Assembly (NCBI GenBank): GCA_963707025.1
Contig: CAVPOM010000018.1
Span: 576,001 to 640,000, forward strand
DNA length: 64,000 nucleotides
Source of the DNA: an uncultured Verrucomicrobiae bacterium
Lineage (GTDB): Bacteria; Verrucomicrobiota; Verrucomicrobiia; Limisphaerales; Palsa-1400
Direction of reading: 5' to 3'
Below are positions 1 through 10,630 of the stretch, in pieces (the stretch's first letter is position 1; every line of letters starts with the position of its first letter). Below the pieces are notes generated by a model. The model was not told where the DNA came from. It did not search any database and was given only the letters and a program-made list of their open reading frames with translations. Position numbers and translations under genes: made by a program.

Positions 1-1067
1 ACGAAGTTGCCGCCGATGTAAAGCTGGCCGTTGACCGCCGCGGCGCAGCTCACTGTGCTGCTCACCTGGCCGGCAGAACCGGGCGCCAGCGGCTCCCAGG
101 AGGCCCCGTTCCAGTGCGCCGCGTTGAGAATCGCGGTTCCGCCGATGTTGGTGAAATTGCCCCCGGTATAAATCTGGCCCGCGACCAGCGCCAGCGCGAA
201 GTTCGTCCCGGAGGGGCCGCCACCCATTGCATTCCATTGGCTGCCGTCCCAGCGCGCCAGGTTGGTCATGTTCAAGCCGTTGACCGACTGAAACGCGCCC
301 GCGAGGTAGAGGTTGGTGCCATCGCTGACAATTTGATTGACAGAAGGGTATGGCCCGCCGGTCGCTCCGCCCATCGCATTCCACTGCCGGCCGTCCCAGC
401 GCGCCACGTTATCCACTTCCAAACTTCCGGCGTAGCGAAACACGCCGCTGGCAAGAAGGCTCCCGGACGCGTTCGTCGTCAGCGAAAGCACGGACGGAAG
501 GGCAGATCCGTTGTTGTTGGTCGTGCCGCTCAGGCCGGGTCCCAGCGCAAACCAATTCGTGCCATCCCAGCGGGCGATGTTGGTCGCGGCCACCGCCGCG
601 CCCGCCTGCGTGAAATTGCCGTCCACATAAAGATTGTTGCTCAGAACCAGCAGGCTGGAAACGATGCCGTTGACCCCGCCGCCGACGCCCGACCAATTCG
701 TGCCGTTCCACTGCGCCAGACCCGGCGCGGCAACGCCGCCGGCGTTGGTAAAATAGCCGCCCGCGTAAATGTTGCCGTGCCATTGCGCGATTGCGAACAC
801 CAGCGGGCCGCCTCCACTGAACCCGCCCGCAAACCCGGTCCAATTGGTCCCGTCAAACTGCGCGATGCCCGTTGAGGCCGCTTCGCCCGCCGCCCCGAAA
901 GAGCCGCCCATATACAAATTGCCGCCGATTTGTGTGATGGTCAAAACCGTGCCGTAGTCCACGCCCGGCGGCCCGAATTGATCGTCCCAGTGATCGTCCA
1001 CCCCTGCCCATGCTGCGAAAACAGTGGCAAAGGCCCACAGACCGGCCACCATGTGAGATTTTCTCAT
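1..1067 (-). CDS. Secreted beta-propeller-like repeat protein (partial, runs off the left edge)
   Basis: Read manually: MRKSHMVAGLWAFATVFAAWAGVDDHWDDQFGPPG..., a signal peptide followed by repeated 'LYxGGxFT.aGG....iARWdGtnW.algGG' blades. Absent from the ORF track because it has no stop in the window. Confidence 0.8.
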   Translation of the reverse strand, partial: MRKSHMVAGLWAFATVFAAWAGVDDHWDDQFGPPGVDYGTVLTITQIGGNLYMGGSFGAAGEAASTGIAQFDGTNWTGFAGGFSGGGPLVFAIAQWHGNIYAGGYFTNAGGVAAPGLAQWNGTNWSGVGGGVNGIVSSLLVLSNNLYVDGNFTQAGAAVAATNIARWDGTNWFALGPGLSGTTNNNGSALPSVLSLTTNASGSLLASGVFRYAGSLEVDNVARWDGRQWNAMGGATGGPYPSVNQIVSDGTNLYLAGAFQSVNGLNMTNLARWDGSQWNAMGGGPSGTNFALALVAGQIYTGGNFTNIGGTAILNAAHWNGASWEPLAPGSAGQVSSTVSCAAAVNGQLYIGGNF

Positions 1068-1076
1068 AGGACTCCA

Positions 1077-1202
1077 GAGCAGTTTCACAAATACTGTAGC
1101 CGCATTACAAGGTAGGGCGGGCACTCCGTTGCCCGCCGCGGCGCGCACGGAGTGCGCGCCCTACCACCCTCATTTATGGCTACACAATTTCTTAAACCGC
1201 TC
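1077..1202. repeat. 126-bp MITE-like element with a GTAG-type REP palindrome core
   Basis: Ends GAGCAGTTT...AAACCGCTC, core GGTAGGGCGGGCACTCC...GGAGTGCGCGCCCTACC. A similar inverted copy lies at 58369-58494. Confidence 0.8.
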
Positions 1203-1299
1203 CAAAGGTTGCGATTTATAGCGTCTTGACTTCCGGCTGTCAAGCAGGATGGCGGCCGATCCAGGATGGGTTCTGGCAGCGTCTCCGCAAAACAAGATC

Positions 1300-1328
1300 T
1301 TGCCGGGCGGCGGCGCCGGCCCTATCTT
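1300..1328 (+). promoter_or_regulatory. Candidate sigma70 promoter of the SRP RNA
   Basis: TTGCCG-N17-TATCTT just upstream of the SRP RNA. Confidence 0.45.
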
Positions 1329-1340
1329 GAAACTGAATTT

Positions 1341-1432
1341 GCCAGGGCCCATGGAATGTGGACTTACGAACCCCGCCAGGGCCGGAAGGCAGCAACGGCA
1401 GTCTGCTCCGCATCTGCCGTGGTCACCCTGGC
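1341..1432 (+). ncRNA. ffs: Signal recognition particle RNA (4.5S)
   Basis: Terminal helix GCCAGGG...CCCTGGC and domain IV motif CCAGGGCCGGAAGGCAGCA. Lies upstream of dnaX, a common context. Confidence 0.9.
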
Positions 1433-1442
1433 ATTTTCTTAA

Positions 1443-1544
1443 TTGCGATTGCGGATGGCGGATTGCGGATTGAGAAACAAGCACAAGTGGCCTTGCGCTT
1501 CCTGCGTTTCTAATCCGCAATCCGCCATCGCCAAGCCGCAATCC
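1443..1544. repeat. Inverted heptamer tandem repeats (GATTGCG)n...(AATCCGC)n
   Basis: Visible directly; forms a long hairpin between ffs and dnaX. Confidence 0.8.
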
Positions 1545-1551
1545 AAAACAG

Positions 1552-3295
1552 ATGTCATATCAAGTCATAGCCCGAAAGTACCGCCCGCAGCGTTTCGCCG
1601 ACGTCGTCGGCCAGGAGCACGTCACCCAGACGCTGGCCAACGCCATCGGCGCAAACGCATCGCCCACGCCTACCTGTTCTGCGGGCCGCGCGGCACCGGC
1701 AAAACCACCATCGCCCGCATCTTCGCCAAATGCCTCAACTGCACCGACGGCCCGAAGGTTGATTTTCCGACGACGACCCGCGCTTCCAGGAAATCGCCGA
1801 GGGCCGCGTCGCTGGACGTGCTGGAAATTGACGGCGCGAGCAACAACGGCGTCGAGCAGGTGCGCGAGCTGCGCGAGACCTGCAAATACGCGCCCGGCCA
1901 ATTCGCGCGGTTCAAAATCTACATCATTGACGAGGTCCACATGCTCCGACGGCGGCGTTCAACGCGCTGCTGAAGACGCTGGAAGAGCCGCCCGCGCACG
2001 TGAAGTTCATGTTCGCGACGACCGACCCGGAAAAGGTGCCTGCCGACGATTCTTTCCCGCTGCCAGCGGTTTGATCTGCGCCGCATTCCCGGCCGCGCTC
2101 ATCGTCAAACAACTGCGCCAGATCGCCAAGAAGGAAAAGGTGAAGATTGACGAGGCCGCGCTCTACGCCATCGCGCGCGGGGCCGACGGCGGCATGCGCG
2201 ACGCCGAATCCACGCTGGACCAGCTCATCAGCTTTTGCGGCGACGAAAATCGAGGAGCCGGACGTGCTGTCCATGTTCGGCCTGGCCGCCCAGGGCCAGA
2301 TTCTGGCCTTGAGCGAGGCCGTCCTGGCCGGCGAAACCGAGAAGGCCTTGCGCCAGTTGAACGAACTGGCGCAACACGGCAAGGACCTGGGCCGGCTGCT
2401 CTCCGAATTGCTGAAGCATTTCCGCAACCTGCTCATTTTCCAGGTCTCGCGCGGCGATCTCGCCCTGATCGAAGCCTCGGAAGCCGAAGCCGCCGTCCTG
2501 GCCGGCCAATCCGCCCGCCTCAACAGCGACGGCCTGACCCGGATGATGGACGTGCTGACCGATTGCGAAGGACGCCTGCGCGACACCGCTTCGCGCAAAA
2601 TACTCCTGGAAGTGACGCTCCTGAAAATGATCGAGGCGCGCCACGCCGTCAGCATTGATGTCATTTTGCAGCAATTGCAACAATGGCGCGCCGAGGCCGC
2701 CGGCGCCTTGCCCCGCCCGACGGCTGCCAAAACCGATTCCGCCGGCGCGCCGTCCAAGGCTCCATCCTCCGCGCCGGTCCGCCCGCCCGCCGCGTTGGCC
2801 GCGGAGGCCATTCCCGTCTCCGCCGCCGGCGGCGAATTGACGCCACTTTGGGGCAGACTGGTGGAGGCGGTCGGCCGGGCCAGCCCGTTTGTGCTTGACT
2901 ATCTCAAAAAGGCCGACCCGGTATCCCTTTCTAAAAACTTGTTGACTATCGGATTTGACCCGGAGTTTGCGGACCAAATTAGCCTCATTGACTGCAAAAA
3001 GAATCACGACTTGCTGCAAACCAAGCTTTCGGAACTGGGTTATCCGAATGTGCAGGTGAAGTTCGTGCAAGCCGCCGCGCCGCCCAACAGCCCGGCGGAG
3101 CCGGCGCCTCCCGCCGCGCCCGCGCCGGCCCCGGCCGCTCCAGCGGCTCCGGCGGCCAGGCCGGCGGACGCCGCCGCGCCGCTCCGGCAAAATCCGCCGC
3201 CGGTTTCCGCCGGCAAGGATGACTTTAAAAACGATCCGTTGATTCAAAAAGCCCTGGAAATATTCAAAGGCCAAATTGTTGAGGTCCGTTCCTAA
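1552..3295 (+). CDS. dnaX: DNA polymerase III subunit gamma/tau (several frameshifts at 1650-2250, probably sequencing errors)
   Basis: [46 protein letters not shown] and SRCQRF motifs spread over different frames; Pro/Ala linker and C-terminal [11 protein letters not shown]. Confidence 0.95.
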
Positions 3296-3360
3296 AATCC
3301 GCCCTGTCCTCCGAAGCTCCGCCGTGTGGAGCGCAGGAGGAAATCCCCAATCCAAAAAAT

Positions 3361-3669
3361 ATGCCAAGCCTCGGAAAACTCATGAAACAGGCTGCGCGCA
3401 TGCAGCAGCAAATCGAACAAATCCAGGCCCAGCTCGCCGCCCGCACCGTCCAAGCCAGCAGCGGCGGCGGCGCGGTCAAAGTCGTGGCCAAATGCGACGG
3501 CTCGCTGGCCTCCATCAAGATCGACCCGCAGGCCATCAATCCCGCCGACGCCCAATTGCTGGAGGACCTGATCCTGACCGCCGTCAACCAGGCCCTGGAG
3601 GAAGGCAGGAAGATTTCCAGCGCGGAAATGGGCAAGGCCACCCAGGGCTTCAGCCTGCCCGGGATGTAA
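3361..3669 (+). CDS. ybaB: YbaB/EbfC nucleoid-associated protein
   Basis: LMKQA..MQ, SGGGAVKV and LEDLILTAVNQA motifs; dnaX-ybaB-recR synteny. Confidence 0.95.
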   Translation: MPSLGKLMKQAARMQQQIEQIQAQLAARTVQASSGGGAVKVVAKCDGSLASIKIDPQAINPADAQLLEDLILTAVNQALEEGRKISSAEMGKATQGFSLPGM

Positions 3670-3679
3670 GAACCGCCGG

Positions 3680-4279
3680 ATGCTCCTCCCCGAACCCATT
3701 AGTTCCCTGGCCGCCGCCCTGGGCCGTTTGCCCGGCATCGGCCCCCGCTCGGCCGAGCGCCTGGCCTTGCACCTGGCCCAAACGGAGTCCCAAGCCGTCC
3801 GCCAACTGGCCGAGGCCCTGCTCCACGCCCGCGAAAAAATCCGCGCCTGCTCCCTCTGCGGCGCCCTGACCGAACGGGATCCCTGCGCCCTCTGTGCCGA
3901 CGACCGGCGCGAGGCCGGCACCATCTGCGTGGTGGAACGGCCCGTGGATGTTTTCTCCTTGGAAAAGGCCGGGGTCTTTCATGGCAAATACCATGTCCTG
4001 GGCGGCAAGATCTCGCCCCTCAACGGCGTCGAGCCGGAGGATTTGCGCATCGCCGCCCTGGAAGCGCGCCTGGGCGCCGGCGTCAAGGAAATCATCCTCG
4101 CCCTCAGCACCGATGTCGAAGGCGACGCCACCAGTTTCTATCTGGCCAAACGCCTGGCGGGCAAGGGCGCCAAAATTTCCCGGCTCGCCTACGGCCTGCC
4201 CGCCGGCAGCGGCCTGGAATTCGCCGACGAAATCACCCTCGGCCGCGCCTTGGAGGGCCGGCGCGATCTGGCGCCTTGA
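3680..4279 (+). CDS. recR: Recombination mediator RecR
   Basis: LPGIGPRSAERLA, C4 zinc finger, ICVVE, YHVLGG.ISPLNG and EGDAT toprim motifs. Confidence 0.97.
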   Translation: MLLPEPISSLAAALGRLPGIGPRSAERLALHLAQTESQAVRQLAEALLHAREKIRACSLCGALTERDPCALCADDRREAGTICVVERPVDVFSLEKAGVFHGKYHVLGGKISPLNGVEPEDLRIAALEARLGAGVKEIILALSTDVEGDATSFYLAKRLAGKGAKISRLAYGLPAGSGLEFADEITLGRALEGRRDLAP

Positions 4280-4294
4280 ATTCATCCGGCCAAC

Positions 4295-4909
4295 ATGAAA
4301 GCTCCCGCCGTCGTGGTCTTTGATCTGGGCAAAGTGCTGGTGGACTTCGATTACAGCATCGCGGCGCGGCGCATCCTGCGGCGGAGCCGCCTTGGGGGCG
4401 CGGAATTGCAGCGCTTGCTTTGCACCTCGCCCCTCCTGTGTCAATACGAAACCGGCGCGATCAGCACCGCGCAATTTTACGAGGGCGTGTGCGCCGCCTC
4501 GGGCTACGACGGCGGGTTGGCGGAGTTCAGCGCGGCCTTCGCGGACATTTTTACCGAGATCAAGCCGATGACCGCGCTGCACGACGCGCTGCGGGCGGGC
4601 GGCGTTCCCACCTGGATCTTTTCCAACACCAATGAAATCGCGGCCCGTCACATCCGCCGCCGCTTCCCGTTCTTCTCCAATTTCGACGGCTGGGTTCTTT
4701 CCTACGAGCACGGCGCGATGAAGCCCGACCCCCGGCTTTACGAAGTGGTCGAACGCCAAACCGGCCGCCGCGGCGCGGACATTCTGTATCTGGACGACCG
4801 CCCGGAAAATGTGGAAGCCGGCGCCGCGCGCGGCTGGCGCGCCCTGCTGCATGAAACGCCGGAAAAAACGCGAAGCCTCATAGAAAACCTGGGCCTTCCG
4901 GTTGACTGA
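4295..4909 (+). CDS. HAD-family phosphatase (YihX-like)
   Basis: FDLGKVL, SNTN, KPDPRLY and YLDDRPENV motifs. Confidence 0.9.
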   Translation: MKAPAVVVFDLGKVLVDFDYSIAARRILRRSRLGGAELQRLLCTSPLLCQYETGAISTAQFYEGVCAASGYDGGLAEFSAAFADIFTEIKPMTALHDALRAGGVPTWIFSNTNEIAARHIRRRFPFFSNFDGWVLSYEHGAMKPDPRLYEVVERQTGRRGADILYLDDRPENVEAGAARGWRALLHETPEKTRSLIENLGLPVD

Positions 4910-5383
4910 GGCAGCCACAAATAAAGAAACAGCTTTGAAAGGATGAACTTGCAACCAAGTAAAAGCCCCCTAATCTGGAACATGCTTGCGCGATCTCATC
5001 CTTCCAATAGAGCCATCCATCGCTGGCCTGTCTGCAAGGAGGATCGGTGAGCAAGTTGCGCGCGGTATTGGACACAAACATTCTTGTGGCGGCGTTCCGT
5101 TCCAAGACTGGAGCGTCCTTTGAAATTTTTCGGCGATTGCTGAATGACGAATGGACCGCCGTCTTGAGCAATCACCTCATTTACGAATACGAAGAAGTTC
5201 TTAAACGAGATGCCGCCAGCCTGTCATTAAGCGCCAGCGACGTTGACGAACTCTTGAACGCCATCTCTGCCCGTGGCGAAGAATGGTCATTGACGCACGA
5301 TTGGGACCCCGTATTGGCTGACCCCGACGACGAGCCTCTGGTGCAATTGGCGCAAGCCTCAAGTGCTTTGATCATCGTCACCC

Positions 5384-6877
5384 TGAGGTGGACCCCATCC
5401 TTTAGACCACGGAGCGCATGAAATAAGCGCGACTTTTGCCGATTGCTGTCATTACTAATTGTAGTTGACTACTGTTCATTCCGTGTTTCAAAACCCTTTC
5501 GAAAAGAGAGAACGAGCGATGCGGAGCACTGCCCGTCCTCCCTCTCCGTTTTCTTAGGGTTCTCAACTCTACCGCCGCAGGCGGTCTGATTTCAAGCCTT
5601 TTCCTGCCGCCTGCCTCTCTGTCAAGTGCTGCGATCGCTCCTGCCTCTGGCAGGTTGCATCGCTTCCCATTTGGCCGGTTGGGCTCCATGCGTGCCGGGA
5701 TCAAAATACGCGTCCGCCGGCGTCGCATAGCCCAACGCCTGGTGCGGTCGTTCCCGGTTGTAGCCGTCAAACCACCGGCCCAGTCCGCGCCCTGCCGCCA
5801 ACCCGTCGCCATAGTCTTGCAAATAAATGTCCTCATACTTGGCGCTCCGCCACAGCCGCTCGATAAACCGGTTGTCCATCCAGCGACCCCGTCCGTCCAT
5901 GCTCACGTCCACCCCCGCCGATTCCACCGCATCGATAAACATCGGGGAGGTGAACTGCGATCCCTGGTCGGTATTGGAAATCAACGGCGCCTGACGCCCC
6001 GCCCGCAACGCCGCCTCCCAAGCGTCCACACAAAAGTCCGCCTCCAACGTGTTGCTCAAGCGCCATCCCAGCACGTAACGACTCCACCAATCCATCACCG
6101 CCACCAAATACATAAACCCAGTTGCCATAGGCACATACGTAATGTCCGAACACCAAACCTGATCCGGTCCCGTCACTGCCAAATTGCGTAACAGATACGG
6201 ATAAATCTGGTGCCCCATCTCCCGCAGACTCGTCTTGGGCTTGGCGTAAATCGCCTCGATCCCCATCAACCGCAGCAGCCGCACCACCCGTTTGCGATTG
6301 ATGGTCAAACCCTCCCGGCGCAACAGCACGGTCAGTTTGCGGCTGCCATAAACCGGGTGGTCCAAATGCATCTGGTCCAACCGCCGCATCAGCGCCAGGT
6401 TCTCCTCTGTCTCCGGACAGCACTGGTAATAATAACTGCCACGGCACACCGCCAGCAGCTCGCACTGGCGCCGCACGCTGAGCTGCGGATCGGGAGCGAT
6501 TAAACATGTTAAAGCCCCAGTTGCCTGGACTTTTTTTTAAGCCAGTCCAAGTCCACCGTCAGTTGGCCAATCTTCTCATGCAGTTGGGCAATCAACTGTT
6601 CCTGATCCTCCGTGCGGGGTTGCCCGGGCTCAAACAATTCGGGCATGTGATCCCGAATCGTCGCCCGCCACTGCGTGACCTGCGCCGGATGCACCGCATA
6701 CTCTCGCGCCAATTGCGCGACCGTCTTCAGCCCCACCAGGGCTTCGAATCCCACTTTGGCCTTGAAGGCCGCACTGTGTCTTTTCCGTTTTGCTTTCATA
6801 AGTCTGCTCTTTCTTATCTACAGCAAACCGGCAAAAATCGAAACTTACCTGTGGTCTAAAAATAGGGGTCCAGCTCA
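5384..6877 (-). mobile_element. IS3-family insertion sequence, copy 1 (1494 bp)
   Basis: Imperfect 27-bp terminal IRs TGAG(G/C)TGGACCCC...TTTAGACCAC with TG...CA ends, CCC target duplication, orfA/orfB. Confidence 0.97.
5622..6799 (-). CDS. IS3 transposase OrfAB (orfA 6509-6799, orfB 5622-6476)
   Basis: HTH OrfA; rve motifs WCSDITY, NTDQGSQF and DNRFIERLWRSAKYE; A8G slippery site for a -1 frameshift. Confidence 0.95.
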
Positions 6878-6968
6878 CCCACAATACCCGCCATTTGCAG
6901 CCTGCGGTCGAATTGGGCATTCAGGTCTTGAAACCAAGGGAATTCTTGGTTAAACTCCGTCAGCTAAA

Positions 6969-7208
6969 ATGAGCACTTTGGAAGTACACATTCCTGACCT
7001 GTTGTTAAAACAGGTCAACGAAATCGCCGCGAAGGAAAACGTGAGCGTGGACCAGCTTGTTTCCATCGCCCTAGCCGCGCAAGTATCCGCTTCGCAGGCG
7101 CGCGAGAGCATTTCGTCCCGCGCCGCAAGGGTGAACTGGCAAAAAGTGGATGATATCCTGGCTCGCGTCCCGGACAACCCGCCGCTCCCTGGCGATGAGT
7201 TAAATTGA
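6969..7208 (+). CDS. Ribbon-helix-helix (HicB-like) antitoxin
   Basis: MSTLEVHIPDLLLKQVNEIAAKENVSVDQLVSIALAAQV...VPDNPPLPGDEL; translationally coupled to the PIN gene. Confidence 0.8.
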   Translation: MSTLEVHIPDLLLKQVNEIAAKENVSVDQLVSIALAAQVSASQARESISSRAARVNWQKVDDILARVPDNPPLPGDELN

Positions 7209-7784
7209 GGGAACGGGCAGTTGTGGAGCAATATTGCTGACATGCAAATCTGCTGCTGCCATTGGATTCTGCTTTGTTATTGGACACCGGAAAACCCGCG
7301 ACTCAGAAAATCGAACAAATCACGATCACCATCGGGCTTGGCTCAAGCGACTTTGTTGGACCGCATATTGAATAAAAATGCCACAACAATATGTCTTGAC
7401 GTCTGTGCATGCAGAAACCTCACCCCAAGGAAAAACATAGCCAATGTCTGCGTCTCGCTCATCCGGTCCGCGCGGAATGTGCTCATTTGGCGGACGTCCA
7501 AATATGCCTTGCAATAGCTGCTTGTGAAAACAATGCCTCGCCTGCTCTTTCTTAACAGAAGCATCGCTCCACGAACTCCCGAATTTGGGTCCAATGGCAC
7601 ACAAACTCATCGAGTAAATAGCTCCTGAACAAAAGCAAATATCGCCAGCAAAATTTTCCCCACTCCCTCTGACAGGTTGAAAGGAATAACGAGACCACGG
7701 AGCGTTTTGATTCATCGGCTTTGAAATGGCGAAAAGCGGTGAACTCAGAAATTCATCACGGGTCGTCCGCGCGGTAATGATCAC

Positions 7785-9277
7785 TGAGCTGGACCCCTAT
7801 TTTTAGACCACAGGTAAGTTTCGATTTTTGCCGGTTTGCTGTAGATAAGAAAGAGCAGACTTATGAAAGCAAAACGGAAAAGACACAGTGCGGCCTTCAA
7901 GGCCAAAGTGGGATTCGAAGCCCTGGTGGGGCTGAAGACGGTCGCGCAATTGGCGCGAGAGTATGCGGTGCATCCGGCGCAGGTCACGCAGTGGCGGGCG
8001 ACGATTCGGGATCACATGCCCGAATTGTTTGAGCCCGGGCAACCCCGCACGGAGGATCAGGAACAGTTGATTGCCCAACTGCATGAGAAGATTGGCCAAC
8101 TGACGGTGGACTTGGACTGGCTTAAAAAAAAGTCCAGGCAACTGGGGCTTTAACATGTTTAATCGCTCCCGATCCGCAGCTCAGCGTGCGGCGCCAGTGC
8201 GAGCTGCTGGCGGTGTGCCGTGGCAGTTATTATTACCAGTGCTGTCCGGAGACAGAGGAGAACCTGGCGCTGATGCGGCGGTTGGACCAGATGCATTTGG
8301 ACCACCCGGTTTATGGCAGCCGCAAACTGACCGTGCTGTTGCGCCGGGAGGGTTTGACCATCAATCGCAAACGGGTGGTGCGGCTGCTGCGGTTGATGGG
8401 GATCGAGGCGATTTACGCCAAGCCCAAGACGAGTCTGCGGGAGATGGGGCACCAGATTTATCCGTATCTGTTACGCAATTTGGCAGTGACGGGACCGGAT
8501 CAGGTTTGGTGTTCGGACATTACGTATGTGCCTATGGCAACTGGGTTTATGTATTTGGTGGCGGTGATGGATTGGTGGAGTCGTTACGTGCTGGGATGGC
8601 GCTTGAGCAACACGTTGGAGGCGGACTTTTGTGTGGACGCTTGGGAGGCGGCGTTGCGGGCGGGGCGTCAGGCGCCGTTGATTTCCAATACCGACCAGGG
8701 ATCGCAGTTCACCTCCCCGATGTTTATCGATGCGGTGGAATCGGCGGGGGTGGACGTGAGCATGGACGGACGGGGTCGCTGGATGGACAACCGGTTTATC
8801 GAGCGGCTGTGGCGGAGCGCCAAGTATGAGGACATTTATTTGCAAGACTATGGCGACGGGTTGGCGGCAGGGCGCGGACTGGGCCGGTGGTTTGACGGCT
8901 ACAACCGGGAACGACCGCACCAGGCGTTGGGCTATGCGACGCCGGCGGACGCGTATTTTGATCCCGGCACGCATGGAGCCCAACCGGCCAAATGGGAAGC
9001 GATGCAACCTGCCAGAGGCAGGAGCGATCGCAGCACTTGACAGAGAGGCAGGCGGCAGGAAAAGGCTTGAAATCAGACCGCCTGCGGCGGTAGAGTTGAG
9101 AACCCTAAGAAAACGGAGAGGGAGGACGGGCAGTGCTCCGCATCGCTCGTTCTCTCTTTCGAAAGGGTTTTGAAACACGGAATGAACAGTAGTCAACTAC
9201 AATTAGTAATGACAGCAATCGGCAAAAGTCGCGCTTATTTCATGCGCTCCGTGGTCTAAAGGATGGGGTCCACCTCA
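7785..9277 (+). mobile_element. IS3-family insertion sequence, copy 2 (1493 bp)
   Basis: Near-identical inverted copy of 5384-6877, 1 bp shorter at a T tract; CAC target duplication at 7782-7784 and 9278-9280. Confidence 0.97.
7863..9040 (+). CDS. IS3 transposase OrfAB (orfA 7863-8153, orfB 8186-9040)
   Basis: Same proteins as copy 1. A -1 shift at CTTAAAAAAAAG (about 8121-8132) reads into orfB. Confidence 0.95.
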
Positions 9278-9429
9278 CACGCTCGGTGACTCAAATACTA
9301 TTGTGCCGTCGGAATGGATCATGATGTGGTCATGATGCATGTCCAATAACTAATATACAAACAACGGTTCGTCCATTTAAATGGCGGAATGGATATTGAT
9401 GAACCGATACTCCGCCTTGCCGTTCTTCG

Positions 9430-10629
9430 TTACAGCTCGCGCAGCGCCGCGGCGATGGGCAGGCGGGCGGCGCGGATGGCGGGGAAAAGGCCGCCGACCA
9501 GGCCGATCACCGCCGCCCAGACCAGGCCGCGCAGAAGCAGCGCCGGGGTGACGCGGAAGGCAAAGGCCACCTGGCTGAAGCTCTGCCAGTTGAGCGTGGA
9601 GGTGTGAAAATTGTTGAAGGCCAGATACGCCAGGCCGCCCCCCAGAATTCCTCCGGCCAGCGCCAGCGCCAGCGATTCGAGCATGAGGGACACCACAATC
9701 GCCCCGCTGCCGAATCCCAGCGCGCGCAAGGTCGCAATTTCGCGCGTGCGCGCCGCCACCGCGCTGTACATGGTGTTCAACGCCCCGAAAATCGCGCCCA
9801 GGGCCATGAGCGCCGCGATCAGAACACCCAGCGTATTGATCAACTCGGTCAGCATGACGGAATGGGCGGCGAAATATTCCGATTCCCGCGCCACTTTCAC
9901 ATTGACACGCGGGTTGGAGAGCAAGGCATTGGTGAATGACTGGTAGGCCCCGGCCGAATTGAGTTTCACATAGACGGATTGATAGGTGTCGCCCCGGTTG
10001 AAGGCGGCCTGCAACACTTTGCCGTCGGTCCAGATTTCCGATTCCGCCGCTCCGCCGCCGGCGGAGAAAATGCCCGCCACCCGCCAGTCGGACCGGCCGA
10101 CTTTGATGGTGCCGCCCAGCTTCAGCCCGCCAAATTCCTGGGCCGCGCCCACGCCGGCGATGACCTCGTTTTTCCCCCACTCGTTCATCCGGCCCGCCAG
10201 GAGCTTGATGTTCCCCCGCACCAGCAGCGCCGCCGGGTCCACGCCCCGCAGCGGCACGTTCGCATCCGTCCCGGTGGAGCGCTTGGGCAGGTTGATCATC
10301 ACATACAACTCGGCCGACGAGAGCGGCCCGTTGCTGCCCCGCGCCACCTCGGGCGCATCGGCGATCACCTGCGTCATTTCGTGGCTCAGCCCGCTGACCA
10401 TCTCGCTGTCCGCCCCGCTGCGCAGCACGATGGCGTTGTCGTCCGAGCCGGAAGCGGTCATGGCCATCTTGAATCCAACGGCCATGGACAACACGCCGAC
10501 CAGAACCGCCACCACGCCGGCGATGCCCACCATGGTGGCGGCGACTGAGCCGAGGCGGCGCGGCACGCTCATCAACCCAAAACGGGTGACGGCGACGACT
10601 TGCAACAACCATGTCCACGGTCCGATCAT
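9430..10629 (-). CDS. ABC transporter permease (MacB/FtsX family)
   Basis: RTREIATLRALGF and C-terminal GGLFPAIRAARLPIAAALRE. Confidence 0.92.
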   Translation of the reverse strand: MIGPWTWLLQVVAVTRFGLMSVPRRLGSVAATMVGIAGVVAVLVGVLSMAVGFKMAMTASGSDDNAIVLRSGADSEMVSGLSHEMTQVIADAPEVARGSNGPLSSAELYVMINLPKRSTGTDANVPLRGVDPAALLVRGNIKLLAGRMNEWGKNEVIAGVGAAQEFGGLKLGGTIKVGRSDWRVAGIFSAGGGAAESEIWTDGKVLQAAFNRGDTYQSVYVKLNSAGAYQSFTNALLSNPRVNVKVARESEYFAAHSVMLTELINTLGVLIAALMALGAIFGALNTMYSAVAARTREIATLRALGFGSGAIVVSLMLESLALALAGGILGGGLAYLAFNNFHTSTLNWQSFSQVAFAFRVTPALLLRGLVWAAVIGLVGGLFPAIRAARLPIAAALREL

Positions 10630-10630
10630 G

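Larger units (their letters stand above)
5047..6972 (+). pseudogene. PIN-domain toxin interrupted by IS3
   Basis: VLDTNILVAA...DPDDEPLV..IIVT. Removing the IS (5384-6877) and one CCC restores ...IIVTHNTRHLQPAVELGIQVLKPREFLVKLRQLK* (142 aa), whose stop overlaps the antitoxin start (ATGA). Confidence 0.9.
7326..9322 (-). pseudogene. Hypothetical immunity-like/cassette-like protein interrupted by IS3
   Basis: Removing the IS (7785-9277) and one CAC gives an in-frame 166-aa ORF, MIHSDGTIVFESPSVIITARTTRDEFL...; lower GC than the backbone. Confidence 0.75.

Noticed and set aside
1650..2250. Frameshifts in dnaX as programmed gamma/tau recoding
   Set aside because: There are several indels inside the ATPase core with no slippery site. 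Similar indels in purA, dxr, uxaC and others point to consensus errors.
5384..9277. A composite transposon that arrived as one unit
   Set aside because: The outer flanks differ (CCC versus CAC) and each IS has its own duplication.
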